This document shows, piece by piece, positions 17,294-39,451 of a stretch of DNA of 64,000 nucleotides. This stretch comes from Cyanobacteriota bacterium (GTDB taxonomy: Bacteria; Cyanobacteriota; Cyanobacteriia; PCC-6307; Cyanobiaceae): contig JBJOMY010000004.1 in the NCBI GenBank assembly GCA_046052125.1, positions 1-64,000 on the forward strand. Direction: 5' to 3'. The notes beneath the pieces were generated by a model. It had not been told where the DNA came from. It searched no databases and worked only from the letters and a program-made list of their open reading frames with translations. Position 1 is the stretch's first letter, and the number at the start of each line of letters is the position of its first letter. The position numbers were made by a program, and so were the translations under genes.

Positions 17294-18699
17294 CGGGCTC
17301 CATCCTCGTCAGCAGCTTCCTCGACCACGTCTTCAGTGGCGGCTTCGACCACGGGCTCTTCGTAGGCGGTTTCGTCGTACTCCGCTTCAGCGCCGTACTC
17401 CTCTTCGTCTTCCGGCAGGGGATACAGCTCGCGCAGGCGGGCATCCTCTTCGGCGCGCAGGGCCTGCTCGGCTTCGAGGCGTGCTTCGGCCTCGGCCTGC
17501 AGCGCTTCCTCTTCCTGGCGCTGAGCGATCAGCTCCGACACCTTCTCGTCTTCAGCGGCCTGGTCGTATTCGGTGCTGTTCTTGATGTCGATCTTCCAGC
17601 CGGTGAGGCGGGCGGCCAGGCGCACGTTCTGACCCTCACGGCCGATGGCCAGGCTGAGCTGATCGGGCGGCACGAGCACGTGGGCGTGCTGGCCCTCGGG
17701 ATCCACCAGGCGCACCGCTTCCACGCGGGCGGGGCTGAGGGAGTTGGCGATGTATTGGCCGGGATCCTGCGACCAGCGGATCACATCGATCTTTTCGCCG
17801 CGCAGTTCGTTCACCACCTGCTGAATGCGGGAGCCGCGGGCGCCGATGCAGGCACCCACTGGATCCACTTCGCGCTCCACCGAATCCACGGCCACCTTGG
17901 TGCGGGGGCCCACCGAACGGCTGGGGGGATTGGCCTCGCGGGCCACGGCCACGATGCGCACGGATCCTTCCTGGATCTCGGGCACTTCGTTCTCAAACAG
18001 GTACACCACCAAACCGGCGTTGGCGCGGCTCACGAACAGCTGCGGCCCGCGGCGGGGTACCTCGCTCACTTCCTTGAGGAACACCTTGAAGGTGGCGTTG
18101 GCGCGGTAGTTGTCGTTGGGCAGCTGATCGCGGCGGGGCAGCTCGGCCTCTACCTCGGGGCGGCCCAGGCCGCTGCTCACGGCCATGATCACGCTCTGGC
18201 GCTCGAAGCGGATCACCCGGGCGGTGAGCACGGGATCTTCCAGATCCGCGAACTCTTCCTGGATCATCCGGCGCTGCTGATCGCGCAGCTTCTGGGCCAG
18301 CACCTGCTTGGTGGTGGCGGCAGCCATGCGGCCGAAATCTTCTTTCTCCGGCGTGACATCCAGCACCACGGTGTCGCCCACCTGGGCGTCTTCCGCCACC
18401 TGCATCACCTCAGCCAGGGCGATCTGGTGGTCTTCGCTCTCCACCTCCTCCACGATGATCTTCGAGGCGAGCACGCGGTAACCCTCCTCATCGAGGTCGA
18501 GGGCCACATCGAAGTTGGAGAAGTAGTCCTCTTCGAAGGGGTCTTCGCTGATGCCGAGATACAACGTGCGGCGATAGCGCTCGTAACCCTTGAGCAGCGC
18601 CTCGCGCAGAGCTGATTCCACCACCTGGGCGGGAAGCTTCTTCTCTTCGCTGATGTCCTCGATCAGGTTCGACAGACCGGGGAGGAGAACCAGGGCCAT
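17290..18699 (-). CDS. nusA: Transcription termination factor NusA
   Basis: FGRMAA..KQV, S1 and KH domains (GACIGARGSRIQ, AIGREGQNVRLA); start ATG 18699. Confidence 0.97.
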   Translation of the reverse strand: MALVLLPGLSNLIEDISEEKKLPAQVVESALREALLKGYERYRRTLYLGISEDPFEEDYFSNFDVALDLDEEGYRVLASKIIVEEVESEDHQIALAEVMQVAEDAQVGDTVVLDVTPEKEDFGRMAAATTKQVLAQKLRDQQRRMIQEEFADLEDPVLTARVIRFERQSVIMAVSSGLGRPEVEAELPRRDQLPNDNYRANATFKVFLKEVSEVPRRGPQLFVSRANAGLVVYLFENEVPEIQEGSVRIVAVAREANPPSRSVGPRTKVAVDSVEREVDPVGACIGARGSRIQQVVNELRGEKIDVIRWSQDPGQYIANSLSPARVEAVRLVDPEGQHAHVLVPPDQLSLAIGREGQNVRLAARLTGWKIDIKNSTEYDQAAEDEKVSELIAQRQEEEALQAEAEARLEAEQALRAEEDARLRELYPLPEDEEEYGAEAEYDETAYEEPVVEAATEDVVEEAADEDGAR

Positions 18700-18752
18700 A
18701 GGTGGAGGGAGAAACGGGTGGTCGTCGGGTTGGGTTGAGAGCGGCTGGCGCT

Positions 18753-19226
18753 TCAGCCCTCGGTGGGGGTGGTGAGGCGCACGCTGATCACATCGGCGCG
18801 GGCCAGGCGAACCGTGCGGCCGCGCACATTGATCTGCACGCTGTCGTCGGTGCGCTCGAGCAGGAGGCCTTCCCGTTCGGCCTCGGTGCCGGTTTTGGCA
18901 TCGCGGTAGCGAACGCACACCGGAAACCCGCGAAAGCTGTGGAAATCGCGGTCGTCGCTCAGCGTGTCTGGAATGCCAGGGCTGCTGATTTCCAGAACAT
19001 AGGCCTCCTCGATCAGGGCGGCTGTTTCCAGGGCGTCGTCCAGCAGGTGGCTGAAGCTGGCGCAGTTGTCGAGGCTCACGTCGCCGCCATCGGCCAAACG
19101 CAGCTGCACCTGCAGCGTCATCGGGATGCGATGGGTGAGCAGCTGCACGCCGCACACCTGGAATCCGGCGTCGGCGGCCACCTGGCTCGCCAGGCGCTCG
19201 AGGTCGGGGATGAGGGGATGCGGCAA
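18753..19226 (-). CDS. rimP: Ribosome maturation factor RimP
   Basis: VSLDNCA.FS, YVLEISSPG motifs; TTG start inferred. Confidence 0.92.
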   Translation of the reverse strand: MPHPLIPDLERLASQVAADAGFQVCGVQLLTHRIPMTLQVQLRLADGGDVSLDNCASFSHLLDDALETAALIEEAYVLEISSPGIPDTLSDDRDFHSFRGFPVCVRYRDAKTGTEAEREGLLLERTDDSVQINVRGRTVRLARADVISVRLTTPTEG

Positions 19227-19399
19227 GCCGGATCGCTGATGGGGGACGGGCAACCCGTCCGGCACCTGCAGTGATCTGCAACCTGGCTGACCGCTTGGCC
19301 ATGAAGCGGAGGCCGCTTCACACCGGAACAGACAGCAAGGGGTGCCCGCCGGGCACACAACGACCCTAAAGGATCAGGGTGAACGCCTCTGGCGGAGCC

Positions 19400-19669
19400 T
19401 CAGCCGCCCAGGCCGTTGAGGTCCATGGCCGGCGGCTCCATGTAGGCATCACCGGGCTTCTGCTCGCCCCGCAGCGCGGGGTCTTGATTGAGGCACTGCG
19501 CTTTCTGCTCGTCGGTGCGCAGGTACTGGCACACACGGGCGTAGAGCTTGGAGCGGGTGGAGGGGCCGCCCTGGCTGAAGTGCACCAGATCCACGCCGCC
19601 GGCCATGCCCTGGATCTCCACCTGGCAGAGGGAGCAGCGTTGACGGGTGCCGGGAGGGATTGCAGCCAT
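19400..19669 (-). CDS. Conserved hypothetical Cys-containing protein
   Basis: CSLC...VHFSQG.P.TR.KLYARVCQY...CLN; GC3-rich codons. Confidence 0.65.
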   Translation of the reverse strand: MAAIPPGTRQRCSLCQVEIQGMAGGVDLVHFSQGGPSTRSKLYARVCQYLRTDEQKAQCLNQDPALRGEQKPGDAYMEPPAMDLNGLGG

Positions 19670-19719
19670 GCCAGCCAAGTGCAGAACGGGCAACTTAGGT
19701 CCATCGCCAGGAGGGCCGG

Positions 19720-20499
19720 GTGGTGTTGCGCGTTCTTCAGCTGAGTGATCCCCATCTGTTGGCGGATCCGCGCGGGCGCTGCCGCGGCGTCATGGCTCTC
19801 AAGGCCCTGGAGCAGGCCTGGTGCCAGGCGCTGTTGCAGCTCGGCCAGCCGCCGGATCTGCTGTTGATCAGCGGTGATCTCTGCCAGGACGAAAGCCTGG
19901 GCGGCTATGTGCGGCTGCGTGAGCTGCTGGAGGCCTGGGCTGTGCCCACAGCGCTGCTCTGCGGCAACCATGACAACCCCGGCTTACTGCGGGCGGCCCT
20001 GGGGCGACGGGCCTGGATCGCGCCGGCCGTGGTGCCGCTGGCCGGCTGGCAGGTGATCCTGTTGAGCAGCCATCGCTCCGGTGCTGTAGCCGGTTGGCTC
20101 GACCAGGTTCAGCTCGCCTGGTTGTGGCGTCAGCTGCAGGCGGGAGAGGGCCCGGCGCTCGTGGCGCTGCACCATCCACCGCTGCCGATCGGCAGCCCGG
20201 AGCTCGATCGCATCGCCCTGCAGGAGCCTGAACGGTTACTGAGCCCGCTGCTGGCGAGCCCGCGGGTGGCCGGGGTGGTGTTTGGTCATGTGCACCAGCA
20301 CTGGCAGGGCGCGCTGGAACGCCCCGGCGGAGCAGCGCTGCCGCTGTGGGCCTGCCCCTCCACCCTGGCGGCCTTCAGCGCCGTGCAGCCCTGCCCTCTG
20401 GGTCACGCCGATTGGCCCGGCGGCCGGCTGCTGCTGCTCGGCGCCGATGGCACGGTCACCACCCGGTTGCTGCGTTGGCCGCCCGCCCAGGCTGCCTAG
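19720..20499 (+). CDS. Metallophosphoesterase (CpdA/Icc-like)
   Basis: SDPH, GDL, GNHD, HHPP, GHVH motifs. Confidence 0.88.
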   Translation: MVLRVLQLSDPHLLADPRGRCRGVMALKALEQAWCQALLQLGQPPDLLLISGDLCQDESLGGYVRLRELLEAWAVPTALLCGNHDNPGLLRAALGRRAWIAPAVVPLAGWQVILLSSHRSGAVAGWLDQVQLAWLWRQLQAGEGPALVALHHPPLPIGSPELDRIALQEPERLLSPLLASPRVAGVVFGHVHQHWQGALERPGGAALPLWACPSTLAAFSAVQPCPLGHADWPGGRLLLLGADGTVTTRLLRWPPAQAA

Positions 20500-20519
20500 C
20501 CTGCGCGTTCACCGTCTGA

Positions 20520-21620
<1,101 letters not shown>

Positions 21621-21651
21621 GCTACGGTCACGGCCCAGTGAAAACGGCGTG

Positions 21652-22365
21652 ATGGCGGATCTGCAGGATCAGATGAAGCAGGCGGTGGCGGCGGCAGCCA
21701 CCGAGCAGATTCAGAGCGGCATGGTGGTGGGCCTGGGCTCCGGCTCCACTGCAGCGCTGATGATCCAGGCCCTCGGCGCCAAGCTCAAAAGCGGTGAGCT
21801 CACCGACATCGTGGGCGTGACCACCTCCTTCCAGGGCGAGGTGCTCGCCGCGGAGCTGGGCATTCCCCTGCAGAGCCTCAACGCCGTGAGCCGCATCGAT
21901 CTGGCCATCGATGGCGCCGACGAGGTGGACCCCTCCTTCCAACTGATCAAGGGCGGCGGCGCCTGCCACGTGCAGGAAAAGCTGGTGGCGGTGCGCGCTG
22001 AGCGCTTTGTGGTGGTGGTGGATTCCACCAAGCTGGTCGACACCCTCAACCTGGGCTTCCTGCTGCCGGTGGAGGTGCTTCCCGGCGCCTGGCGTCAGGT
22101 GCAGGGGCAGCTCGCTGCCATGGGCGGTGATGCCCAGCTGCGCATGGCCGTGAAGAAGGCCGGCCCGGTGGTGACCGATCAGGGCAACCTGGTGCTCGAT
22201 GTGAAATTCGCCGGCGGCATCAGCGATCCCGCCGCCCTCGAGAAGGAGATCAACAACCTCCCCGGCGTGCTCGAGAACGGCTTGTTCGTGAACATCACCG
22301 ACCAGGTACTGGTGGGTGAGATCAACAACGGCGTGGCTGGGGTGCGCGATCTACTGAAGCGCTGA
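21652..22365 (+). CDS. rpiA: Ribose-5-phosphate isomerase A
   Basis: GLGSGST, DGADEVD, KGGG, TDQGN motifs. Confidence 0.96.
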   Translation: MADLQDQMKQAVAAAATEQIQSGMVVGLGSGSTAALMIQALGAKLKSGELTDIVGVTTSFQGEVLAAELGIPLQSLNAVSRIDLAIDGADEVDPSFQLIKGGGACHVQEKLVAVRAERFVVVVDSTKLVDTLNLGFLLPVEVLPGAWRQVQGQLAAMGGDAQLRMAVKKAGPVVTDQGNLVLDVKFAGGISDPAALEKEINNLPGVLENGLFVNITDQVLVGEINNGVAGVRDLLKR

Positions 22366-22388
22366 GCCGGCGCTTCAGTAGAGGCGCC

Positions 22389-23744
22389 TCAGTTCAGCCG
22401 CCGCCGCACCGATTCGGCATGGCTGTGGAGACCTTCGCTATCGGCGAGGGTGCCCACGGCGCTGCCGGTGGCTTCTAGGGCTTGGCGGTTGAACTGAATC
22501 AGGCTGGTGTGGCGCAGGAAGGTTTCCACGCAAAGGGCACCGGCGAAGCGCGCCGTGCCTGAGGTGGGCAGGGTGTGGTTCGGGCCGGCCAGGTAGTCGC
22601 CCACGGCTTCCGGCGTCCAGGCCCCCAGGAAGATCGCCCCGGCGTGCTGGATCTGATCGGCCAGCGGCTCGGGGCGCTCCACCTGCAGCTCCAGGTGTTC
22701 GGGAGCGAAGCGATCGCTTAGCTGGGCAGCCTGATCGAGGCTGTCGCACACCACGATCAGGCCCCAGTCGTTGAGGGCCTGGCGGGTGATCGCGGCGCGG
22801 GGGTGACCCACCAGCTGCGCCTCCAGCGCGGCGGGCACGGCGGCGGCCAGCTCCTTGCTGGTGGTGAGCAGGATCGCGGCGGCTAGCGGATCGTGTTCGG
22901 CCTGGGCCAGTAGATCCGCGGCCACGTGTTCAGGGTTGGCGCTGTGGTCGGCGATCACCAGCACCTCGCTCGGGCCCGCCAGCGAATCGATCGACACCCG
23001 GCCGTACACCGCCTTTTTGGCGAGGGTCACGTAGAGGTTGCCCGGGCCGGTGATCACATCCACCCGCGGGATCGATTCAGTGCCGTAGGCGAGGGCAGCG
23101 ATCGCCTGGGCGCCCCCCACCCGATAGATCTCCTCCACGCCGGCCAGGTGGGCGGCCGCCAGCACGGTTTGGTTCACCCGGCCATCTGGGCCCGGGGGGG
23201 TCACCATCACCAGCCGCTGTACGCCGGCCACCTTGGCGGGCACCGCATTCATCAGCACGGTGCTCGGGTAGCTGGCGCGGCCGCCGGGCACATACAGGCC
23301 GGCCCGCTCCACCGGCCGCCAGCGGCGACCAAGCTTTTCACCGTGCACGCCGGTCACGCTCAGGTCGGCCGGTTTCTGGCGCTGGTGGAAATCCACGATG
23401 CGGCGGTGGGCCAGCCGCAGCGCCTCGCGCAGATCCGAGGGGGTGGCCTCCCAGGCGGCGGCTAGCTCCTCGGCCGGCACCCGCAGCGGATCGGGCCGCA
23501 CGCCATCGAAGCGCTCGGTGAGCTCCAGCAGCGCTGCATCGCCCTGCTCGCGCACCTGGGCAATGATCGTTTCAACCCGTTGCGCCGCATCGCCGCTCTG
23601 GCCTCCGCCCGTGCGCTCGGCGATCGCTTCGAGCCGAGCGCCGGCGGTCTGGGCGTCGTGCAGCACCTCGATCCGCAGCTGAGCGGCGTCGCTGGGAGAG
23701 GCGCTGGAGGAAGCGCTGGCAGCAGCGGCGGCGATGGCGCTCAT
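22389..23744 (-). CDS. hisD: Histidinol dehydrogenase
   Basis: [36 protein letters not shown]. Confidence 0.97.
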   Translation of the reverse strand: MSAIAAAAASASSSASPSDAAQLRIEVLHDAQTAGARLEAIAERTGGGQSGDAAQRVETIIAQVREQGDAALLELTERFDGVRPDPLRVPAEELAAAWEATPSDLREALRLAHRRIVDFHQRQKPADLSVTGVHGEKLGRRWRPVERAGLYVPGGRASYPSTVLMNAVPAKVAGVQRLVMVTPPGPDGRVNQTVLAAAHLAGVEEIYRVGGAQAIAALAYGTESIPRVDVITGPGNLYVTLAKKAVYGRVSIDSLAGPSEVLVIADHSANPEHVAADLLAQAEHDPLAAAILLTTSKELAAAVPAALEAQLVGHPRAAITRQALNDWGLIVVCDSLDQAAQLSDRFAPEHLELQVERPEPLADQIQHAGAIFLGAWTPEAVGDYLAGPNHTLPTSGTARFAGALCVETFLRHTSLIQFNRQALEATGSAVGTLADSEGLHSHAESVRRRLN

Positions 23745-23790
23745 GGCGGCGGACGTTCTCCGCTCAAGCTAGTGGCCCGGCCTGCTCTGA

Positions 23791-24147
<357 letters not shown>

Positions 24148-24202
24148 TCGGCTGGTGTTGGCTTGATTGCTTAGGGTTCGGGCTTCGCCTGAACCCTTTG
24201 TT

Positions 24203-25024
24203 ATGGCTGCGGCCGTCGCCCTCGAGAGCCTGGATGCTCCCCTGATCGACAGCCACTGCCACATCGTCTTCCGCAATTTCGACGACGACCTGGAGGAGGT
24301 GGCCCAGCGCTGGCGCGATGCCGGTGTGGGTCGCCTCCTTCACGCGTGTGTGGAGCCCTCGGAGATCCCGGCGATCCGGGCCCTGGCCGATCGTTTCCCC
24401 GAGCTCCGCTACGCCGTGGGCGTGCACCCGCTCGATCCAGAGCATTGGCAGAGCGATACGCCGGCGGTGCTGAAAGCCGCCGCCCTCGATGACCACCGCG
24501 TGGTGGCCATCGGTGAGCTGGGCCTGGATCTCTTCCGCGACAAAAACCTGGAGCAGCAGCTGGCGATGCTTCGGCCCCAGCTCGATCTGGCGGTGGAGCT
24601 GGATCTGCCCGTGATCATTCACTGCCGCGATGCGGCCGAGCCGATGCTCGCTGAGCTGCGCGAGCGGGCCGCCCGTGGCGCCTGCCCGCGGGGCGTGATG
24701 CATTGCTGGAGCGGGACGCCGGACGAGATGGCGGCCTTCCTGGAGCTGGGGCTGTTCATCAGCTTCAGCGGCAACGTCACCTTCCCCAAGGCCAGCGATA
24801 CCCACGCCTGCGCCCAGCAGGTGCCGGCCGATCGCTATCTGGTGGAAACCGATTGCCCGTTCCTGGCGCCGGTGCCGCGGCGCGGCAAACGCAATGAACC
24901 GGCCTTCGTGGCGGCGGTGGCTGAGCGGGTAGCTGCGTTGCGCGGTGAGTCGCTGCAGGCGGTGGCTCGCCAGAGCACGGCCAACGCCTGCGCCCTGTTT
25001 GGGCCCGCTCTTCACAATGTATGA
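24203..25024 (+). CDS. tatD: TatD-family DNase
   Basis: DSHCH, GVHP, GELGLD, IHCRDA, HCWSG, ETDCPFL. Confidence 0.93.
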   Translation: MAAAVALESLDAPLIDSHCHIVFRNFDDDLEEVAQRWRDAGVGRLLHACVEPSEIPAIRALADRFPELRYAVGVHPLDPEHWQSDTPAVLKAAALDDHRVVAIGELGLDLFRDKNLEQQLAMLRPQLDLAVELDLPVIIHCRDAAEPMLAELRERAARGACPRGVMHCWSGTPDEMAAFLELGLFISFSGNVTFPKASDTHACAQQVPADRYLVETDCPFLAPVPRRGKRNEPAFVAAVAERVAALRGESLQAVARQSTANACALFGPALHNV

Positions 25025-25357
25025 TGTTTCATTGGCCTGGCAGCGGGTTGTGGTTTATCCGAGCCCTCTGCAGCCTGAAAGCGCACGCCAGTGTTCTGGC
25101 GCGCCTGCCCGTCCCTCTGGTGCTGTTGTCTTTCCGGTTCGAGTTGTCGTTGTCTCCTGGGTTGAAGCGAGCTGAATAGGTCTGCCGGCTGGCCAGCCTC
25201 TCCGCACGGAGGGGCTGGCTATGTCGTCTCTCGTGCCATTCGTGATGCCAGTCGGCGCTGAGCGCGCCGGTCCAGGCCCATCGCTCCCTTCACCGCCCAT
25301 CAGGCCCCGCTTGTCCAGGCCCCCGTCGTCCCCCACCAGTTCCTGCAGGTTCCCCGC

Positions 25358-28648
<3,291 letters not shown>

Positions 28649-28726
28649 TTGCTGATCACCGGCTCACCCCCGCAGGTGAACCCCTGATCCCTTCCGTTCC
28701 CTTCGATTTCCGCGCGCTACCCGGCC

Positions 28727-36046
<7,320 letters not shown>

Positions 36047-36050
<4 letters not shown>

Positions 36051-37336
36051 GTGGCGTCGCGCTGCGGATCGAAGGCGCCGCGGGCTTCCCGCTCGCCCCA
36101 CGGCGCGATCTGAGCCAGCAGCAGGAAGGCAGGTAGCGCCGCCACCACACTGAACAGAAAGAAGCCCGGCCAGCCGGCCCGCTCGGCCACCACCCCGGCC
36201 GGTGCAGCCAGGATCGAGCGGCTCAGGGCATAGATGCCGGAGAGGAGGGCGTATTGGGTGGCAGAGAAACGCGGGTTGCAGAGGCTCATCAGCAACGCCA
36301 CGAACACCGCGCCCACCATGCCGCCGCTGATGTTCTCCAGGCTCACCGCCGTGATCAGCCCGGGCACCCCGCCGCCGAAGCGGGCCAGGGCCCAGTAGCT
36401 GAGGTTGCCGATCACACCGGTGATCGCAAACAGCCAGAGCGAACGGTTCATGCCCAGCCAGGCGAACAACGTGCCGCCGATCACGGTGCCAAGCATCGTG
36501 GCGCCAATCGCCCAGCCCCCCTGCACCAGGCCGATATCGGCCTCGCTGAAGCCCTGGAGCTTCAGAAAGGGTATGGCCATGGCATTGAGCAGGCCATCGG
36601 GCCAGCGGTAGAGCAACACCAGCAGCAGCAGCTGCCAGGTGCGATTCGGCCCGGCCCGATGCAGAAACTCCCGCGCTGGCCCGAGCACCGCTTGGCGCAG
36701 GCTGGTGACGGCGTGCTCCACCGGTTGCAGCCGCGGTGCGCTGAGGGTGAAGGGCAGCATCGCCGCCACCAGGGCAGCAGCGCTCAGGAAGGCCGCCGGC
36801 CAGCCGAAGCGATCGGCTAATAGAAAGCCGCCGGCGCCGATGGCGAGCATCGCGGCGCGGTAACCCAGCGCTGCGGCGGCTGCACCGGGGCCGCGTTCGG
36901 CCTCCGGCAGCAGATCGGTGCGATAGGCATCCACGGCGATGTCCTGGGTGGCGCTGCACACCGCCAGTACCAGGGCAGCCACGCCGATGGCAGTGAGATG
37001 GGCGGGATCGCTGCTCGGCCGCAGCAGCGCCATGGCCGCGATCACCGCCACAAGCAGCAGTTGCATCAGCAACAGCCAGCCGCGGCGCCGGTCGGGCCAG
37101 GGGATCGGCCAGCGATCCAGCAACGGCGCCCAGAACAACTTGAGCGTGTAGGGCAGCTCCGCCAGGGGGATCAGCCCGATCAGGGCGAGGGGTACACCGC
37201 TGGCCGTGAGCCAGCCCTGCAGCAGCCGACTGCCCACCATCAACGGGGCGCCACTGGCCACCCCTTCGGCCGTGACCGCCACCAGGCGCCGCAGGGTGCC
37301 GCTGGGGCGGGAAAGCCCTGGATCCGAGGCGGCCAT
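36047..37336 (-). CDS. ampG: AmpG-family muropeptide MFS permease
   Basis: [37 protein letters not shown]. Confidence 0.88.
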
Positions 37337-37411
37337 GCTGCGCGGTGGGAGCTGGCGGAACCCTAGGTGTGGCTTCCGATGGGGAGAATGGATGGACACC
37401 GGCTGTGACCC

Positions 37412-37537
37412 GTGCAGTTTTTTCGCTCCACCCTGTTGCCGGCCCTGATCGTGTTGCTGTTCGGCCTGGCTCTGTTTGCCGTGAGTGCCCGCATCTGGCT
37501 GCCGGGCGATATGTCCGCTCCGGCCCCGATTAGCTGA
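37412..37537 (+). CDS. 41-aa single-TM small protein (not in the ORF track)
   Basis: GTG start, MQFFRSTLLPALIVLLFGLALFAVSARIWLPGDMSAPAPIS*; fills the intergenic gap; resembles a conserved cyanobacterial small protein (recalled). Confidence 0.7.
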   Translation: MQFFRSTLLPALIVLLFGLALFAVSARIWLPGDMSAPAPIS

Positions 37538-37574
37538 ATGAGCCGGTTTGGCTCGGGCCCCTACGATCCCCGGC

Positions 37575-38375
37575 ATGACAGGCCCGTATCCCGAGTATTC
37601 CCAGAGTCCGGCTGAACTGTCGCTGGACCCGGAAATGCTGGCGCGCGAGCTGGCCGAGGAGCTCTTGGGCGACCCGCTCGATGAGCTGGATGATCCCGCC
37701 GCTGGCCTGGCGGACGTGGCGGCTGAGTGCGACCTGGGCCTGGAGCTGCTCAAGGGCAGTCACGACGACTGCATGCAGGGGTTGCGCATCTTCTGTGAGC
37801 ACCGCGACCCCCGCGCCCCGGCGCTGTTGGTGCCGTTGCTCGAGGCGAGCTGCCCGATCCTGCGGATGAGCGCCGTGTATGCCCTCGGTCGCAACCCCGA
37901 CCTCCAGGCCGTGAGCCCGCTGCTGGCGCTGCTTCAGAACGACAGCAACGGCTACGTGCGTAAAGCCGTGGCCTGGAGCCTCAGTAGCTATCCGGATGCG
38001 CCGGTGATGAATCCGCTGATCCGTGCGTTGCAAACGGATGTGGCCGCGGTGAGGCTCTGGGCGGCCAGCTCCCTTGCGGATGCGGGATCCACTGGCCTGG
38101 CCAAAGCCGATCAAGCCGCCGGGCAGCTTCTGCAAGCCCTGCGCATCGACAGCGAGGCCGCGGTGCGCAGCAACAGTGCCTGGTCGCTCGGTCGGCTCTA
38201 CGCCGATCTGGTGGAACCCCGCCAGCAAGAGGTGGTGGAGTCGCTGTTGGGCGCAATGCTCCACGACATGGACCTGGCGGTGCGCGATGAAGCACGTCTG
38301 GCCCTCGAGCAGCTGGAAGACCCCCTGGTGCTCGAGCGCCTGCAGACGCTGGTGGACGAAGGGCTGTTGAGTTGA
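37575..38375 (+). CDS. HEAT/PBS-lyase-like repeat protein
   Basis: Repeats LR.SAVYALG, VRKAVAWSL, VR.WAA.SL, VRSNSAWSLG, VR.EA..AL. Confidence 0.85.
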   Translation: MTGPYPEYSQSPAELSLDPEMLARELAEELLGDPLDELDDPAAGLADVAAECDLGLELLKGSHDDCMQGLRIFCEHRDPRAPALLVPLLEASCPILRMSAVYALGRNPDLQAVSPLLALLQNDSNGYVRKAVAWSLSSYPDAPVMNPLIRALQTDVAAVRLWAASSLADAGSTGLAKADQAAGQLLQALRIDSEAAVRSNSAWSLGRLYADLVEPRQQEVVESLLGAMLHDMDLAVRDEARLALEQLEDPLVLERLQTLVDEGLLS

Positions 38376-38394
38376 ACCAGGCTGTTGAGTTGAA
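38362..38394 (+). repeat. 15-bp direct repeat spanning the HEAT-gene stop
   Basis: GGCTGTTGAGTTGAA-CCA-GGCTGTTGAGTTGAA. Confidence 0.8.
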
Positions 38395-38460
38395 GTAGGC
38401 GCTGCCCTCCAGCTTTCGTGCAACGCGGCTAGCATCCCCAAACCCACGCCCCTGCCCGGG

Positions 38461-38673
38461 ATGGCTCAACACACCATCCGCTTTCGGATTCGGCCTGATG
38501 GCCGGGTTGAAGAGCTGGTGGAAGGCATCGCGGGCAGCGGCTGCGAACAGCTCACCGAGCGCATCGAGGCCAAGCTTGGCAGCGTGCAGCAGCGCCAGGC
38601 CACCTCGGAGGCCTTCCAGGCTTCCGGTGCCGCGGTGACGCCTGAGCAGACCCTTTCCACTCCGGTCACCTGA
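38461..38673 (+). CDS. DUF2997-family protein
   Basis: IRF.I.PDGRV.E.VEG..G..C...T..IE..LG. Confidence 0.85.
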   Translation: MAQHTIRFRIRPDGRVEELVEGIAGSGCEQLTERIEAKLGSVQQRQATSEAFQASGAAVTPEQTLSTPVT

Positions 38674-39062
38674 TGTCGCACTTCAGCACCGTTAAAACGG
38701 AACTGCGCGATCGCGCCGCCCTGATCGAAGCGCTGCGTGATCTCGGCCATGACCCCAGCGAGGGGGAGCGCCCGGTGCGCGGCTATCGCGGCCAGACCGT
38801 TCAGGCCGACCTGGCCGTGCTCGGCGAGCAGGGCGGTGACATCGGCTTCCGCTGGAGCGAAGCCACCGGCAGCTATGAGCTGGTGACCGACCTCGACCTC
38901 TGGCGTCAGCCCATCCCGGTGGAGCGTTTCCTGGCCAAGCTCACCCAGCGCTATGCCCTGCGTAGCATTCTGGCGGCCTCCAGCGCTGAAGGCTTCCAGG
39001 TGAGCGAGCAGTCGCAAGCTGCCGATGGCTCGATCGAACTGGTGGTCACCCGCTGGGAGTGA
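38673..39062 (+). CDS. ycf35: DUF1257/Ycf35 family protein
   Basis: MSHFSTVKTEL, DIGFRW, YELV.DL..W, L.QRYA. Confidence 0.85.
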   Translation: MSHFSTVKTELRDRAALIEALRDLGHDPSEGERPVRGYRGQTVQADLAVLGEQGGDIGFRWSEATGSYELVTDLDLWRQPIPVERFLAKLTQRYALRSILAASSAEGFQVSEQSQAADGSIELVVTRWE

Positions 39063-39451
39063 GCGTCGATCCGGCGGTTGCCTTTGCGGCCGCAGCTGCA
39101 CCAGCCGAACTCGCCTCAGGCCGTGAGCCTGTTCTCGGTGGTGTGCTGCGGCAGAAAGCGGTTTGGGTGGATGAGGCGGTGTGCATCGGCTGCCGCTACT
39201 GCACCCATGTGGCCGCCAACACCTTTTTAGTGGAAGAAGACTGGGGCCGCTCCCGCGCCATTCGCCAGGACGGCGACAGCACCGAGCGGATCCAGGAAGC
39301 GATCGATACCTGTCCCGTTGATTGCATCCACTGGGTGAGCTACGAGGAACTGCCGGCCCTCGAGGAGCAGACCCGCACCCAGGAATTGCAGCCCCTGGGC
39401 CTCCCCACCCCATCGCGGCCGCGGCGCACCCTGCCCCGCGCCCACGCCTGA
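39059..39451 (+). CDS. Bacterial-type ferredoxin
   Basis: VDE..CIGCRYC..VA.NTF...AI.TCPVDCIHW. Confidence 0.88.
   Translation: MSVDPAVAFAAAAAPAELASGREPVLGGVLRQKAVWVDEAVCIGCRYCTHVAANTFLVEEDWGRSRAIRQDGDSTERIQEAIDTCPVDCIHWVSYEELPALEEQTRTQELQPLGLPTPSRPRRTLPRAHA

Noticed and set aside
18700..19302. 200-aa N-terminal extension of NusA
   Set aside because: Overlaps rimP in another frame; canonical MALVLLPG start at 18699
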